Source: an uncultured Microthrixaceae bacterium
GTDB taxonomy: Bacteria > Actinomycetota > Acidimicrobiia > Acidimicrobiales > VFJN01
Assembly: GCA_963806205.1 (NCBI GenBank)
Contig: CAWDXF010000004.1
Coordinates: 121,521 to 185,520 of the forward strand
DNA: 64,000 nt
Direction: 5' to 3'
Shown here: one piece after another, positions 20,133 to 29,933 of the stretch
Layout of the letters: each line of letters begins with the position of its first letter
How positions within the stretch are numbered: the stretch's first letter is position 1
Program-made: the position numbers and the translations under genes
Notes under the pieces: model-generated
Told to the model about the DNA's origin: nothing
What the model saw: the letters and a program-made list of their open reading frames with translations, nothing else
Database searches by the model: none

Positions 20133-21262
20133 GCGCCGAGCACCCGGCGGAGGAGGTCCCCGAGGTCGCCCTCCCCGGCGCCGGGCTCCAGGTTCCCGAG
20201 CATGGGCGGCGTGGGAGCGTCGACCGGCGCGGACACGGCGTCGTTGCCCGGGCCGGTGGCGCACGTGATGACCGCGCAGATCTCGCCGCCCAGGATCCCC
20301 TTCACCGCCGCCATGAGGGTGCCGTCGCCGACGTCGATCCGCAGCACCTCGGTGAGCACCTGGAGGTACTGGCGCAGACCGATCACCAGCGGCACGACCT
20401 GCATCCGCTGGTCGTAGAGCGCCTGGAGGGTGGCGCTGCCGTCGCCGAGCGCGGCGTCGACGAAGGGCTTGTTGGCGAGCAGCAGGTCGGCCACGTCGTT
20501 GGACAGCCGGCCGGCCTGCTGGAGGATCGTGACGAGCTGGGCCTCACCGTCGTTCAGGACGGGGAGCGCGGCGTTGCTCGCGTCGGCCAGCCCGAGGAGG
20601 TCGTCGGCCGAGTCGGCCAGCTGGCCGGACAGCCGCGCCAGGTGCCCCAGGAACTCGGCGGTCTTGTCGGAGTTCTCCGCGAACACCTCGGAGACGATCG
20701 CCCCGTTCACGAGGGCTCGGTTCACCACCTCGCCCAGCCCGCGCCCGCCCTCGGCGAGGTTGCTGATGACCGTCATCAGCTCCGTGCCGTCGATCTCCTT
20801 GAGGATGGGATAGGTGTCCACGAGCACCGTCTCGAGCTCGAAGCCGCCCTCGGTGTGCTCGAGCCGGTCACCAGGACCGAGGAAGGGCCCGCCCTCCTCG
20901 TCGGTGCCGGTCAGGTCGAAGTCGATGAACTTCTCCCCGAAGAGGGTCTTGGCCCGGATGCGGGCGGTGGCCGCGCTCGGGATGCGCTCCCCGTCGTGGA
21001 GGCGCATGGTGATCTCGGCCTGGCCGTCGACCAGCTCGATCCGGCGGACCGAACCGACCTTGACGCCGTTGACCTTCACGTCCGACCCGGGCAGCAGGCC
21101 CTGGCCGGCCGCCTCGAACCGGCCCGCCACCCGGTAGCCACCCGCGTAGGCGCCGAAGGAGGCCTTGATGCCCACCGACACCGTGCTCACGAGGAGCAGG
21201 AGCGAGATGGCGCCCATCAGCACGTTCTGCCGGCGCAGGGTGGTGGCGTCCACGCGGGTCAC
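20129..21262 (-). CDS. MCE-family protein, first of six
   Basis: Intact 377 aa with an N-terminal TM and the motif YRVAGRFEAAGQGLLPGSDVKVNGVKVGSVRRIEL. Confidence 0.85.
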   Translation of the reverse strand: MTRVDATTLRRQNVLMGAISLLLLVSTVSVGIKASFGAYAGGYRVAGRFEAAGQGLLPGSDVKVNGVKVGSVRRIELVDGQAEITMRLHDGERIPSAATARIRAKTLFGEKFIDFDLTGTDEEGGPFLGPGDRLEHTEGGFELETVLVDTYPILKEIDGTELMTVISNLAEGGRGLGEVVNRALVNGAIVSEVFAENSDKTAEFLGHLARLSGQLADSADDLLGLADASNAALPVLNDGEAQLVTILQQAGRLSNDVADLLLANKPFVDAALGDGSATLQALYDQRMQVVPLVIGLRQYLQVLTEVLRIDVGDGTLMAAVKGILGGEICAVITCATGPGNDAVSAPVDAPTPPMLGNLEPGAGEGDLGDLLRRVLGA

Positions 21263-22117
21263 CCGGTGAGGCTCACCGTGTTGCCGCCGCCCCAGAACAC
21301 GAGGGAGAGCACGAGGTTGAGCACCACCACGCTGACGATCGACAGGCGGATCGCGCGCCCGACCGCCACGCCCACCCCGGCCGGGCCGCCGGTGGCGTAG
21401 TAGCCGTAGTAGCAGTGGATCAGCGCCACCACGGTGGCGAACAGGCAGGCCTTGGCGAGGCTGTAGACCACGTCCTCCACCGGGAGGTAGAGGCGGAAGT
21501 AGTAGTCGTACGAGCCCTCCGACATGCCGAAGAACTGCGTCGAGACGAGCTTGGTGGCGAAGAAGCTGGCGAACAGGGAGATCAGGTAGAGCGGGATGAT
21601 GGCGAGCAGGGCGGCCACGACGCGGGTGGCCACCAGGTAGGCCTTCGACGGGACGGACATCACCTCGAGGGCGTCGATCTCCTCGGAGATGCGCATCGCC
21701 CCCAGCTCCGCCGTGAAGCCGGCGCCGACCTGTGCGGCGAACGCCACACCGGCGATGAGGGGCGTCACCTCACGGGTGTTGGCGAACGCCCCGATCAGGC
21801 CCGTGAAGTTCTCGGCACCGATCTGCTCCAGGCCCTTGAAGCCCTGCAGCCCGACCTCGGTGCCGGTGAAGAACGACATCGAGAAGATCACGAACACCAT
21901 GCCGCCGCCGACGATGAGCGCGCCCGGCGCCGATGGTGACGTCGGAGACCAGGTTGAAGATCACGTTGCGGTACTTCAGGCGCAGGATGATCTGCGAGAA
22001 GATCTCGACGAAGACCTGGGCGTAGAAGCGCAGCTGCTTGCCGATGTCCTCCAGCAGGTCGCCCATGGCGCGCCCGGTGGCGCGTGCGGGGCGCAGGAGG
22101 CGAGGGAGCGCGGCCAT
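21259..22117 (-). pseudogene. MlaE/YrbE-type ABC permease (second of two); one frame switch near 21920
   Basis: The N-terminus MAALPRLLRPARATGRAMGDLLEDIGKQLRFYAQVFVEIFSQIILRLKYRNVIFNLVSDVTIGAG lies in the tail of ORF 21770-22792. The rest lies in ORF 21259-21900 (..ELGAMRISEEIDALEVMSV..). Confidence 0.85.
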
Positions 22118-22887
22118 CAGAACTTCTGCGGCACCAGCGCGAAGTAGAGGGACGTCATCACGAAGTTGGCGAAGAAGATCAGGATGAACGTGATCACGAC
22201 GGCCTGGTTCACCGCGTCGCCGACGCCCTTCGGCCCGCCCTTGGCGTAGATGCCCTTGTAGCAGGCGACCATCGCGGCGATGAACCCGAACACGGCCGCC
22301 TTGGCCAGGGACGAGTACAGGTCGGGCAGCTGCACGAGGGAGGTGAAGCCCTGGAAGTAGGCACCGGGCGTGACCTTCTGGATCACGACGTTGAAGAAGT
22401 AGCCGCCGGCGATGCCCGACACCGAGACGAGCGACACGAGGAACAGGCCGACGGTGGTGGCCGCCCAGAGCCGCGGGGTCACGAGTCGGTGGACCGGGTT
22501 GACGGCCATCACCTCCATGGCGGCCAGCTCGTCGCGGATCTTCCGGGACCCGAGGTCCGCGGTCATGGCCGAGCCGCCCGCCCCGGCGATGAGCAGCGCG
22601 GTGGCCACGGGGGCGGCCTCGCGGACGATCGCCAGGACCATCGCCGCGCCGGTGGTCGACTCGGCACCGAGCTGGCGGGAGAACGCGCCGACGTGGAGCG
22701 CGATCACCGCACCGAACGGGATGGAGATGAGCACCACCGGGATGCTCGTGACCTTGGCGATGAACCAGCACTGGCGCAGGTACTCCTGCCACCAGCTCCG
22801 CACGTCGAAGGTGCGTCGGACGCCCTCGAGGGAGATGGCGAACATGTTGCCGGTCTCCCGGAGGACGAACTGGACCTTCCCGATCAC
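22117..22887 (-). CDS. MlaE/YrbE-type ABC permease (first of two)
   Basis: Intact 256 aa with the motif ..DLGSRKIRDELAAMEVMAVNPV... Confidence 0.9.
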   Translation of the reverse strand: MIGKVQFVLRETGNMFAISLEGVRRTFDVRSWWQEYLRQCWFIAKVTSIPVVLISIPFGAVIALHVGAFSRQLGAESTTGAAMVLAIVREAAPVATALLIAGAGGSAMTADLGSRKIRDELAAMEVMAVNPVHRLVTPRLWAATTVGLFLVSLVSVSGIAGGYFFNVVIQKVTPGAYFQGFTSLVQLPDLYSSLAKAAVFGFIAAMVACYKGIYAKGGPKGVGDAVNQAVVITFILIFFANFVMTSLYFALVPQKF

Positions 22888-22897
22888 GAGGGGACCG

Positions 22898-23800
22898 TCA
22901 GACCGTGAGGATGTCCGAGCCGGACCGCTTCTTCCCCTCCGAGCGCATGCGCTGGACCTCGCGCTCCACCAGCTCCTTCTCGATGTCGCTTGGCTCGGTC
23001 GCCAGCTCGTCCATCCCGATCGGGCCGAGTGCCCGGCCGGCCAGGAACTGGCGGATGATCTCGTCCTTGGTGGTCTTCATCTCCTGCTTGCTGGCGAACA
23101 TCACCAGACCGGCGCGGTAGAGGACCGCGATGTAGTCGGAGGTGCGCATCACCGACGCGATGTTGTGGGTGATGATCACGAAGGTGGCGCCGGTCTCCTC
23201 CTGGATCTTCTTGACCAGCTCGTCCAGGTAGGACACCCGGACGGGGTCGAGGCCGGAGTCCGGCTCGTCGAAGAGGATGATCTCCGGGTCCATGGCCAGG
23301 GCGCGGGCCAGGCCGGCCCGCTTCTTCATGCCGCCCGACACCTCGCCCGGGAACTTCTTCATGTGGTCGAGCATCCCCACCATGTCGGCCTTGGTGTGGA
23401 CGATCTCGCGGATCTCCTTCTCCGTCTTCTTCGTGTGCTCGCGGAGCGGGAAGGCCATGTTGTCGAACATGTTCATCGACCCGAAGAGGGCGCCGTCCTG
23501 GAAGAGGACGCCGAACTTCCGGCGGACCCGGTAGAGGTCCCGCTCCCCCATCCGGACGGTCTCCTCGCCCTCCACCCAGATCTCGCCGTCGTCGGGGCGG
23601 AGCAGCCCGATGATGTTCTTGAGGAGCACCGACTTGCCGGTGCCCGAGGGCCCCATGACCGCCGTGATCTGGCCCCGGGGGATGTCGAAGGTGATGTCGC
23701 GGAGGACGGTGTGCGTGCCGAAGGACTTCGTCACACCTCGCAACGAGATGACCGCGTCCAGTGCTCCCCCTCCTCGCTCGGGCGGCGTGACCGCCGGCAC
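22898..23800 (-). CDS. mkl: Mkl/MlaF-type ABC ATP-binding protein of the Mce transporter
   Basis: Walker A GPSGTGKS, signature VSGGMKKRAGLARA, Walker B ILFDEPDSGLD. The exact start is uncertain. GTG 23800 is preceded by TAGGTT only 3 nt upstream. Confidence 0.85.
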   Translation of the reverse strand: MPAVTPPERGGGALDAVISLRGVTKSFGTHTVLRDITFDIPRGQITAVMGPSGTGKSVLLKNIIGLLRPDDGEIWVEGEETVRMGERDLYRVRRKFGVLFQDGALFGSMNMFDNMAFPLREHTKKTEKEIREIVHTKADMVGMLDHMKKFPGEVSGGMKKRAGLARALAMDPEIILFDEPDSGLDPVRVSYLDELVKKIQEETGATFVIITHNIASVMRTSDYIAVLYRAGLVMFASKQEMKTTKDEIIRQFLAGRALGPIGMDELATEPSDIEKELVEREVQRMRSEGKKRSGSDILTV

Positions 23801-23859
23801 AGCAACCTAGTGCAGCCTCGGCGAGGGATCGTGACGGCTCCGGGCCCGTGGACCGGGGG

Positions 23860-25467
23860 TCAGCGGAGCTGCCGGCGGGCCTCCGCCCGGCGCTCGGCGT
23901 CCAGGCGCTCGAGCGACGGTTCGGGCGAGTGGTCGACGAAGCGCATCGCCTCGGCCACGGCGACGTGCCCCGCCTGCTCCGAGATCAGCCGGTGCATCTC
24001 CTGGCCGACGACCCGGTAGGCGGGGTGCCCCTGCGGCGTCGTGCGCAGCTCGAGGAGGTGCATGGCCTCGCGGGCGTTGAGGTGGAGGAAGAACCGCACC
24101 TTGTAGGCCAGGGACACCGCGTACGGGGCCTGGGCCGGGAACCGCTCCACGAGCGCGTCGTGCAGCGCGGCCGAGCGCTCCATCGCCTCGTCGAACCGGG
24201 CCGACGCGCCCGCGAGGTCCACTGCCTCCGGGCGCGTGCAGCCGTGCCGCGGGCTGAGCGCCTGCCACTCGATCGTGAGCATGCGGTGGCGCTGCAGGTC
24301 GCGGAAGGCGCCGTAGTCGGCCAGCACGTCGAAGCGGTAGGCGATCCGCTCGAAGGCGCGACCCGGCTTGTGCCGACGGTTCTCCCGCTCCCCCACGTAG
24401 GCCTGGAGGACCTCGACGCGCTCCTCGACGGTCATCTCCCGCACGCGGCGCTCCAGGGCGGCCTCGCTCTGGTGCGTGTACGGGTAGAGCATCGCCGCGA
24501 CGAGCTTGATCTCGCCGTCGGGGTCCCAGTCGACGAGGGTGACCCCCGGCTCGTCCTGCGGGGTGGGCCCCGGCGGGAACAGACGCCCCGCCACCTCCTC
24601 CATCGCGGAGCGGGTGGACGCCAGGTAGGTGCTCCAGGCCACGCCCCGGTCGTCGAGGTCGACCCGCTTGAGGAAGCTGGGGATGACCTTCCGCAGCTCG
24701 CCCAGCATCAGGTCCGCGTAGGCGCGCGACTCGGGCAGCGGGTGGGATCGCATGCGCAGCAGGAGCGCCTCGTAGGCCTGGCCGGTGCCGTAGATGCCGA
24801 CGTTGGACACCGACGCCGCCGGCAGCACGCCCCGCACCGCGTCGAACGCCTTGGCACGGATCGCCTGGCGGTACACGAAGTCGGAGTCGTCGGCCTCCCT
24901 GGGGAACCGATCGCGGTAGAAGTCGGCCATCACCGGGACGAGCTCGGCGTAGGTGTCGAACAGCCGGTCCATGTCGCCGATGTAGCGGAGGCCGAGGCTC
25001 GAGCCCAGCACCTCGGGATCGCGGTAGTAGCGGTAGCGGCCACCGAGCCGGGTGTCGTACGCGATGTAGCGGGTCGACTGCTCGAGGTAGGCCATCAGGC
25101 GTCCCCACTCGAGCACCTTGGTGAGCAGGTTCGACGCCTGCTCGCACGCGAGGTGCACGCCGCCGAGCTGCGCGACCGAGTCGTCGCCGTACTCGAAGAA
25201 CACGCGGTCGTAGAGCTCCTCGGCCCGGCGCAGCCCGACGGTGGCGTCGATCGTGGCGTCGCCGGTGATGTCCAGGTCCCCGACGAACTCGTCGAGGAAC
25301 AGCCGCCGGAGGCTCTTGGAGCTCCGCGAGTAGCGGGCGAAGAGGGCGCCCTTCACGACCTCGGGCAGGTTCACGAGCGCGAACACGGGCCCGTCGAGGT
25401 TCGTGAAGTACCGCCGCAGGACGTCCGCCTCGTCCGGCGAGAACTCCTCGGCGATGTAGACCGTCAT
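23860..25467 (-). CDS. long (535 aa) ThyX-like protein (FAD-dependent thymidylate synthase superfamily, divergent)
   Basis: The ORF is intact. Sequence features include GALFARYSRSSKSLRRLF in the N-terminal half and AFRDLQRHRMLT (the RHR of the ThyX motif) in the C-terminal half. It is about twice the length of canonical ThyX. Confidence 0.6.
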   Translation of the reverse strand: MTVYIAEEFSPDEADVLRRYFTNLDGPVFALVNLPEVVKGALFARYSRSSKSLRRLFLDEFVGDLDITGDATIDATVGLRRAEELYDRVFFEYGDDSVAQLGGVHLACEQASNLLTKVLEWGRLMAYLEQSTRYIAYDTRLGGRYRYYRDPEVLGSSLGLRYIGDMDRLFDTYAELVPVMADFYRDRFPREADDSDFVYRQAIRAKAFDAVRGVLPAASVSNVGIYGTGQAYEALLLRMRSHPLPESRAYADLMLGELRKVIPSFLKRVDLDDRGVAWSTYLASTRSAMEEVAGRLFPPGPTPQDEPGVTLVDWDPDGEIKLVAAMLYPYTHQSEAALERRVREMTVEERVEVLQAYVGERENRRHKPGRAFERIAYRFDVLADYGAFRDLQRHRMLTIEWQALSPRHGCTRPEAVDLAGASARFDEAMERSAALHDALVERFPAQAPYAVSLAYKVRFFLHLNAREAMHLLELRTTPQGHPAYRVVGQEMHRLISEQAGHVAVAEAMRFVDHSPEPSLERLDAERRAEARRQLR

Positions 25468-25509
25468 CGTTCGTCCTGGGGCGGGCCGGGGGCGTGGGGA
25501 GTGATGATG

Positions 25510-26739
25510 CTACGCCCCGGGCGACCCGCCGATCGCGGATCGCCGGGCCTCCGGGCCCACCCGTTCGAGGGTGGCGGCGAACTCGGCCCGGGCGGCCTCC
25601 AGCGCGCCCTCCTGGAGCCACAGGTCGGCCACCGTCCAGGCGATGGCGACGGCCCCGTCGACCACCGCCCGGTCACCCCCCTCGGCCCGCGCGTGGGTGG
25701 CGAACTCCGGGGTGTGGATGGGCACACCCGTCGGGGCCACCTGGATCATCGGGTGGATCGACGGCACGACGTAGCTCACGTTGCCCATGTCGGTGCTGCC
25801 CACGATCTCCTGTCGCGGGTCGGGCTCGGCCACGGTTCGGCCCAGCGCCGCGCTGTTCGCGGTGTACAGCCCGACCATCACCTCGTTGTCGAGCATGTCG
25901 GCGTAGACGACCGACTTCCACTCCAGCGCGACCTCGCACCCGGCCGCGGTCGCGCCCGCCTCGAGGCAGGCCGCCACCCGCGCCTTGAGGGGCTCGAGCG
26001 TGCGGATGCTCGGCGAGCGCACCATCCAATGCGTGCTCGCGCGGGCGGGGACGATGTTCGGCTTGTCGCCCCCTTCGACGAAGATCCCGTGGATGCGCTC
26101 CTTCGGCTTGATGTGCTGCCGCAGCGCCGCGACGTTGACGTAGCCCAGCACCGCCGCGTCGAGCGCGTTGCGGCCGCGGTGGGGGAAGGCGGCGGCGTGG
26201 GCGGCTTCGCCCGTGTACACCGCCGTCAGCTCCTGCACCGCGATGACGTCCATCCGCGCGAGGTCGAACCCGGCCGGGTGGACCATCAGCGCGGCGTCGA
26301 TCCCGTCGAGCGCGCCGCGCTGCGCGAGCAGGATCTTGCCGCCGCCCCCCTCCTCGGCGGGCGTGCCCAGCACCACGACGCGGCCCCCTGCCTCCTCCGC
26401 GACCGCGGCTGCCGCGAGTCCCGCGCCCAGGCCGGCGGTGGCGATGATGTTGTGCCCGCACGCGTGACCGATGCCGGGGAGCGCGTCGTACTCGCACAGC
26501 ACCGCGATCGTGGGCCCGGCGGATCCGGCACGGGCCACGAAGGCCGTCTCGAGGTCGTACGCGTGCCGCTCGACGTCCAGCCCCTCCGCCTCGAGGAGGT
26601 CGGTGAGGAGGTCGTGGGCGAAGCGCTCCTCGTAGTTGAGCTCGGGGTGCTCGTGGATCCGGTGCGAGGCGTCCACGAGCACCTCGGCGCGGGCCGTCAC
26701 CGCCTCCTGCATGCGCTCCTTGACCGCGGCCAGGTCCAC
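25510..26739 (-). CDS. M20-family amidohydrolase / peptidase (M20D-like)
   Basis: Intact 409 aa. Motifs: IHEHPELNYEE, CEYDALPGIGHACGHN, VLGTPAEEGGGGK. Confidence 0.85.
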   Translation of the reverse strand: MDLAAVKERMQEAVTARAEVLVDASHRIHEHPELNYEERFAHDLLTDLLEAEGLDVERHAYDLETAFVARAGSAGPTIAVLCEYDALPGIGHACGHNIIATAGLGAGLAAAAVAEEAGGRVVVLGTPAEEGGGGKILLAQRGALDGIDAALMVHPAGFDLARMDVIAVQELTAVYTGEAAHAAAFPHRGRNALDAAVLGYVNVAALRQHIKPKERIHGIFVEGGDKPNIVPARASTHWMVRSPSIRTLEPLKARVAACLEAGATAAGCEVALEWKSVVYADMLDNEVMVGLYTANSAALGRTVAEPDPRQEIVGSTDMGNVSYVVPSIHPMIQVAPTGVPIHTPEFATHARAEGGDRAVVDGAVAIAWTVADLWLQEGALEAARAEFAATLERVGPEARRSAIGGSPGA

Positions 26740-26761
26740 GGCGGGACCCTACCCGGCAGGC

Positions 26762-27747
26762 CTACCCGTGGCGCAGGACGAGCTTGCCGAGCTGGGCGCC
26801 CGCCGCGAGCCGCTCGAGCGCCGCGGGATAGTCCGCGAGGTCGTGCACCGCATCGATGGAGACGGGCAGGCCCTGCCCGACCAGCTCGGTCACGTGGGCG
26901 AACTCGCCGTAGGAGCCCATCGTCGAGCCGATGATCTCGTGCTGCTTGAAGAAGAGGCGCGGCAGGCGCGAGCTCCACGGTCGGGCCCGAGGTGCCCCCG
27001 CACACCACGAGTCGCCCCCCTGGGCGCGAGCGCGCGGACCGACCGATCCCAGGTGGCCGGCCCCACGCTCTCGACCACGACCTGCGCCTGCACCGGCCAC
27101 TCGCCGGCCGAGTCGTGCGCGGCCGTCGCGCCGAGGGCCAGGGCCTGCTCGCCCTTGGCCGGGTCGCGCGAGGTCACGTGCACCTCGGCGCCCATGCGCA
27201 CGGCCAGGTGCAGGGCAGCGGTGCTCACACCCCCGCCGATGCCGACGATGAGGCACCGCTCCCCCGCGGCGAGGCGCGCCCGCCGGAGCATGCGCCAGGC
27301 GGTGAGGGTGGCGAGTGGGTAGGCCGCGCACTCCTCCCACGTCCTGCCCGCCGGGCGGGGCAGCACGTTGCGGGCCGGCACGACCACCCGCTCGGCATGC
27401 CCGCCCCAGCGCTGCTCACCGAGGATCTGGAAGCCAGGCCCGAGGGGGGCGTCGTCACCGAGGGCGATGACGGCTTCGATGGGTGAGACGGCGGGGTTCA
27501 CGACCACCTCGGCCCCGACGGCGACCCCCGTCACCGCGGCGCCCACCGCCTCGACGACCCCCGCCACGTCGCAGCCGGGCACGTGGGGCAGGTCCGGCCG
27601 GGGGCGCCCCTGGGTCAGCCAGAGGTCCATGTGGTTCAGAGCACTCGCCACGGGGCGCACGGCCACGTCGTCCGGGCCCACCGGCGGGTCCTCGATCCCG
27701 CCCCAGCGGTAGGTCCCGGGGCTCTCGTCGAGGCGCCACGCATCCAC
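26762..27747 (-). pseudogene. zinc-type alcohol dehydrogenase / quinone oxidoreductase (MDR family); 2 frame switches near 27010 and 26960
   Basis: ORF 26890-27747 carries ALNHMDLW..PHVPGCDVAGVVEAVG..ERCLIVGIGGGVSTAAL. VVCGGTSGPTVEL lies in ORF 26697-27008. The C-terminus LFFKQHEIIGSTMGSYGEFAHV..LGKLVLRHG lies in ORF 26762-27340. Confidence 0.8.
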
Positions 27748-27828
27748 GGGCCGACCCTAGATCCCGGACGATTTCTGCAAGGATTGACCCTCCCGGGGCC
27801 TCCTACCTGCCGAAGGAGGAGGTTCCGT

Positions 27829-29324
27829 GTGCCAGCCATGGACGACGCAGCACTGGTGGAGGCCGCTCGTAGCGGGGACGACACGGCCTGGGCGGCCATC
27901 TACGACCGCTACGCCGACAAGCTCCACGACCACTGCCATCGGATCCTCCGCGACCGGGACGAGGCGGCCGACGCTCTCCACGACGCCTTCCTGGCGGGGG
28001 CCCGCAACCTCCACCAGCTCCGCGACCCCACGCGTCTGCGGCCCTGGCTCTATTCGATCTGTCGCCACACGTCCCTCCGCCGCCTCAAGGCCCGAGAGCG
28101 CGTCGAGCTCACCGACGCCCCCGACGAGATGAGCGCTCCCGACGACGGCCTCGACCGGGGCGTGCGGTCCCAGGAGCTCAGCGAGCTCGTGTGGGCGGCG
28201 GCGGCCGGCCTCAACGGCCGCGACCAGGCGCTCCTGGACCTCAACCTCCGCCAGGGGCTCGAGGGCCAGGACCTGGCCGACGCCATGGGCACCTCGCTCA
28301 GCAACTCCTACGTGATGCTCAGCCGGATGCGCGATCAGGTCGAGCGGTCCCTCGGCGCACTGCTCATCGCCCGCATGGGGCGGGCGGAGTGCGAGGAGCT
28401 CGACGCCCTGCTCACCGGCTGGGACGGGAAGTTCTCGCCGCTGCTCCGCAAGCGGGTGGCCCGGCACGTGGACGGCTGCGAGATCTGCGCCGAGAAGCGC
28501 AAGGCCGTGGTCAGCCCGCTCGCGCTGCTGGCGGCCGCGCCGCTCGTGCCCGCGCCGGCGCTGCTCAAGACCCGCGTCATCTCCAGCATCCGCAACGTCG
28601 AGGTCATGGACGGCCCGAACGTCCCGTTCACGAAGGAAGGCTTCGCAGCCCTCACCGGCGAGCGGGGTCTCCGGCGCCTGCGCATCGCATGGCTGACCGT
28701 GGCCGCTGCGGTGGTCCTCGTGCTCGGCGCGCTGCTCCTCACGTCCGGCGCGGACGACGACCCGGTGGAGACCGCGGGGATCCAGACCTCGATCGGCGAG
28801 CGGACGCGGTCGAGCAGTGCCTCGACGTCGACCAGCCTCGGCGCGGCCGAGGGCATCACCGACGACAGCACCGCGGACGAGGGGACCGACGAGGGCCGGG
28901 ACGACGCCGGGACCGACGACGACGCCGTGGCCCCCGGACCGGGTGGGACGAGCGTCACCACGAAGCCGGCCCCGACGACGACCCAGCCGCCCGGCGACAA
29001 GACGCCCCCTTCGATCGGGGGCGGGAACGTCATCAGCCTGGGATGCACCCGAGGGGTGCGCACGGTCTCCGTGTCCGTGTCCGTCAGCGGCGCGACGTCC
29101 GTCCGACTGGAGGGCTTCGGACCGCTCTCCGACGGCAACAACAACGGCGTCTGGGTCGCTGAGCCCCAGGTGACCTTCCCGGGAGCGGCCCCGCCGTTCG
29201 TCATCACCGCCAGCGACGCGGCCGGCAACACAGTCGAGCAAGACGATCCACGGTGGGTTCCCCGCCTGCGAGCAACCGACGCACGACGTCGAGCACACCC
29301 CCCGTCGGCGGGCCGCCGAACTAG
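27829..29324 (+). pseudogene. single-polypeptide ECF sigma factor fused to a zf-HC2 anti-sigma domain, a TM helix and an extracytoplasmic Ser/Thr/Asp-rich + Ig-like region; probable frame switch near 29240
   Basis: GGAGGAGG lies 6 nt upstream of GTG 27829. Sigma regions 2 and 4 are present (AAIYDRYADKLHDHCHRIL..DAFLAGARNL; GRDQALLDLNLRQGLEGQDLADAMGTSLSNSYVMLSRMR). HVDGCEIC (H-x3-C-x2-C) lies at 28465-28488. The TM IAWLTVAAAVVLVLGALLL lies at about 28684-28743. The track ORF runs on to 29838 as Arg-rich nonsense. A TAG at 29322-29324 in a neighbouring frame abuts the convergent gene. Confidence 0.7.
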
Positions 29325-29933
29325 ACGACGCAGCGCAGGGCGTCGGGCTCGACCCGGAGCGACAGGCTCCTGGCCGGCCCCACCACCTCGCCGTCGAGCC
29401 ACACCCGGCTCCCCGGGACCAGGTCGACCTGCAGCGCGGCGACGTGCCGCTCCTCGATGCCGGGGTGCGGCACGTGGGTGCCGAGGCGCAGGCGCGAGCG
29501 GACCTGCCACCGCTGCCCCAAGGGCAGGTCCGCGTCGAGGACGTCGAGCTTCCCGTCGTTCGGGTGCCCGCGCGGCGCCACGTCCCACTCCCCCAGGTGC
29601 TGGGCGTTCATGGCCGCGACCACCCGGCCCCGCCACCAGCTCCGGCGCGCGACGAGGTGGGCCACGAACCAGTGGAGGCGCCCGTCGACCAGCACGGCGC
29701 CGAGGTCGATCGGGCAGCAGCACGCCGCCCGACCGCAACCGGGCCTCGTCGCCGGTGCCGCCGACCGCCCGGCACAGGTCCCCGCCCAGCAGGCCGAGCA
29801 CGGGATCGGGGCATCCCCGGCCCGCCGGGCGACGGTGACGACGGCGCGGGCCTCGGCGTCGCGAGCGGACCACCACGCCGTCGGGCGGGAGGACGCCGGG
29901 CTCGCCCCAGGGCTCACCCTTCCGGATCGTCAC
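29321..29933 (-). pseudogene. small protein resembling the C-terminal (accessory) part of DAG-kinase/YegS-like lipid kinases; at least 2 frame switches
   Basis: ORF 29321-29917 C-terminal half reads IDLGAVLVDGRLHWFVAHLVARR..APRGHPNDGKLDVLDADLP..VWLDGEVVG. The N-terminus VTIRKGEPWGEPGVLPPDGVVVRS lies in the ORF 28335-30143 frame. The family assignment is weak. Confidence 0.4.

Noticed and set aside
29325-29838. A 170-codon extension of the sigma/anti-sigma ORF (the track ORF ends at 29838).
   Set aside because: The extension is pure Arg/Pro/Gly/Ala nonsense. It fully overlaps a convergent gene with a credible C-terminal domain. A TAG in the adjacent frame at 29322-29324 abuts that gene's stop.
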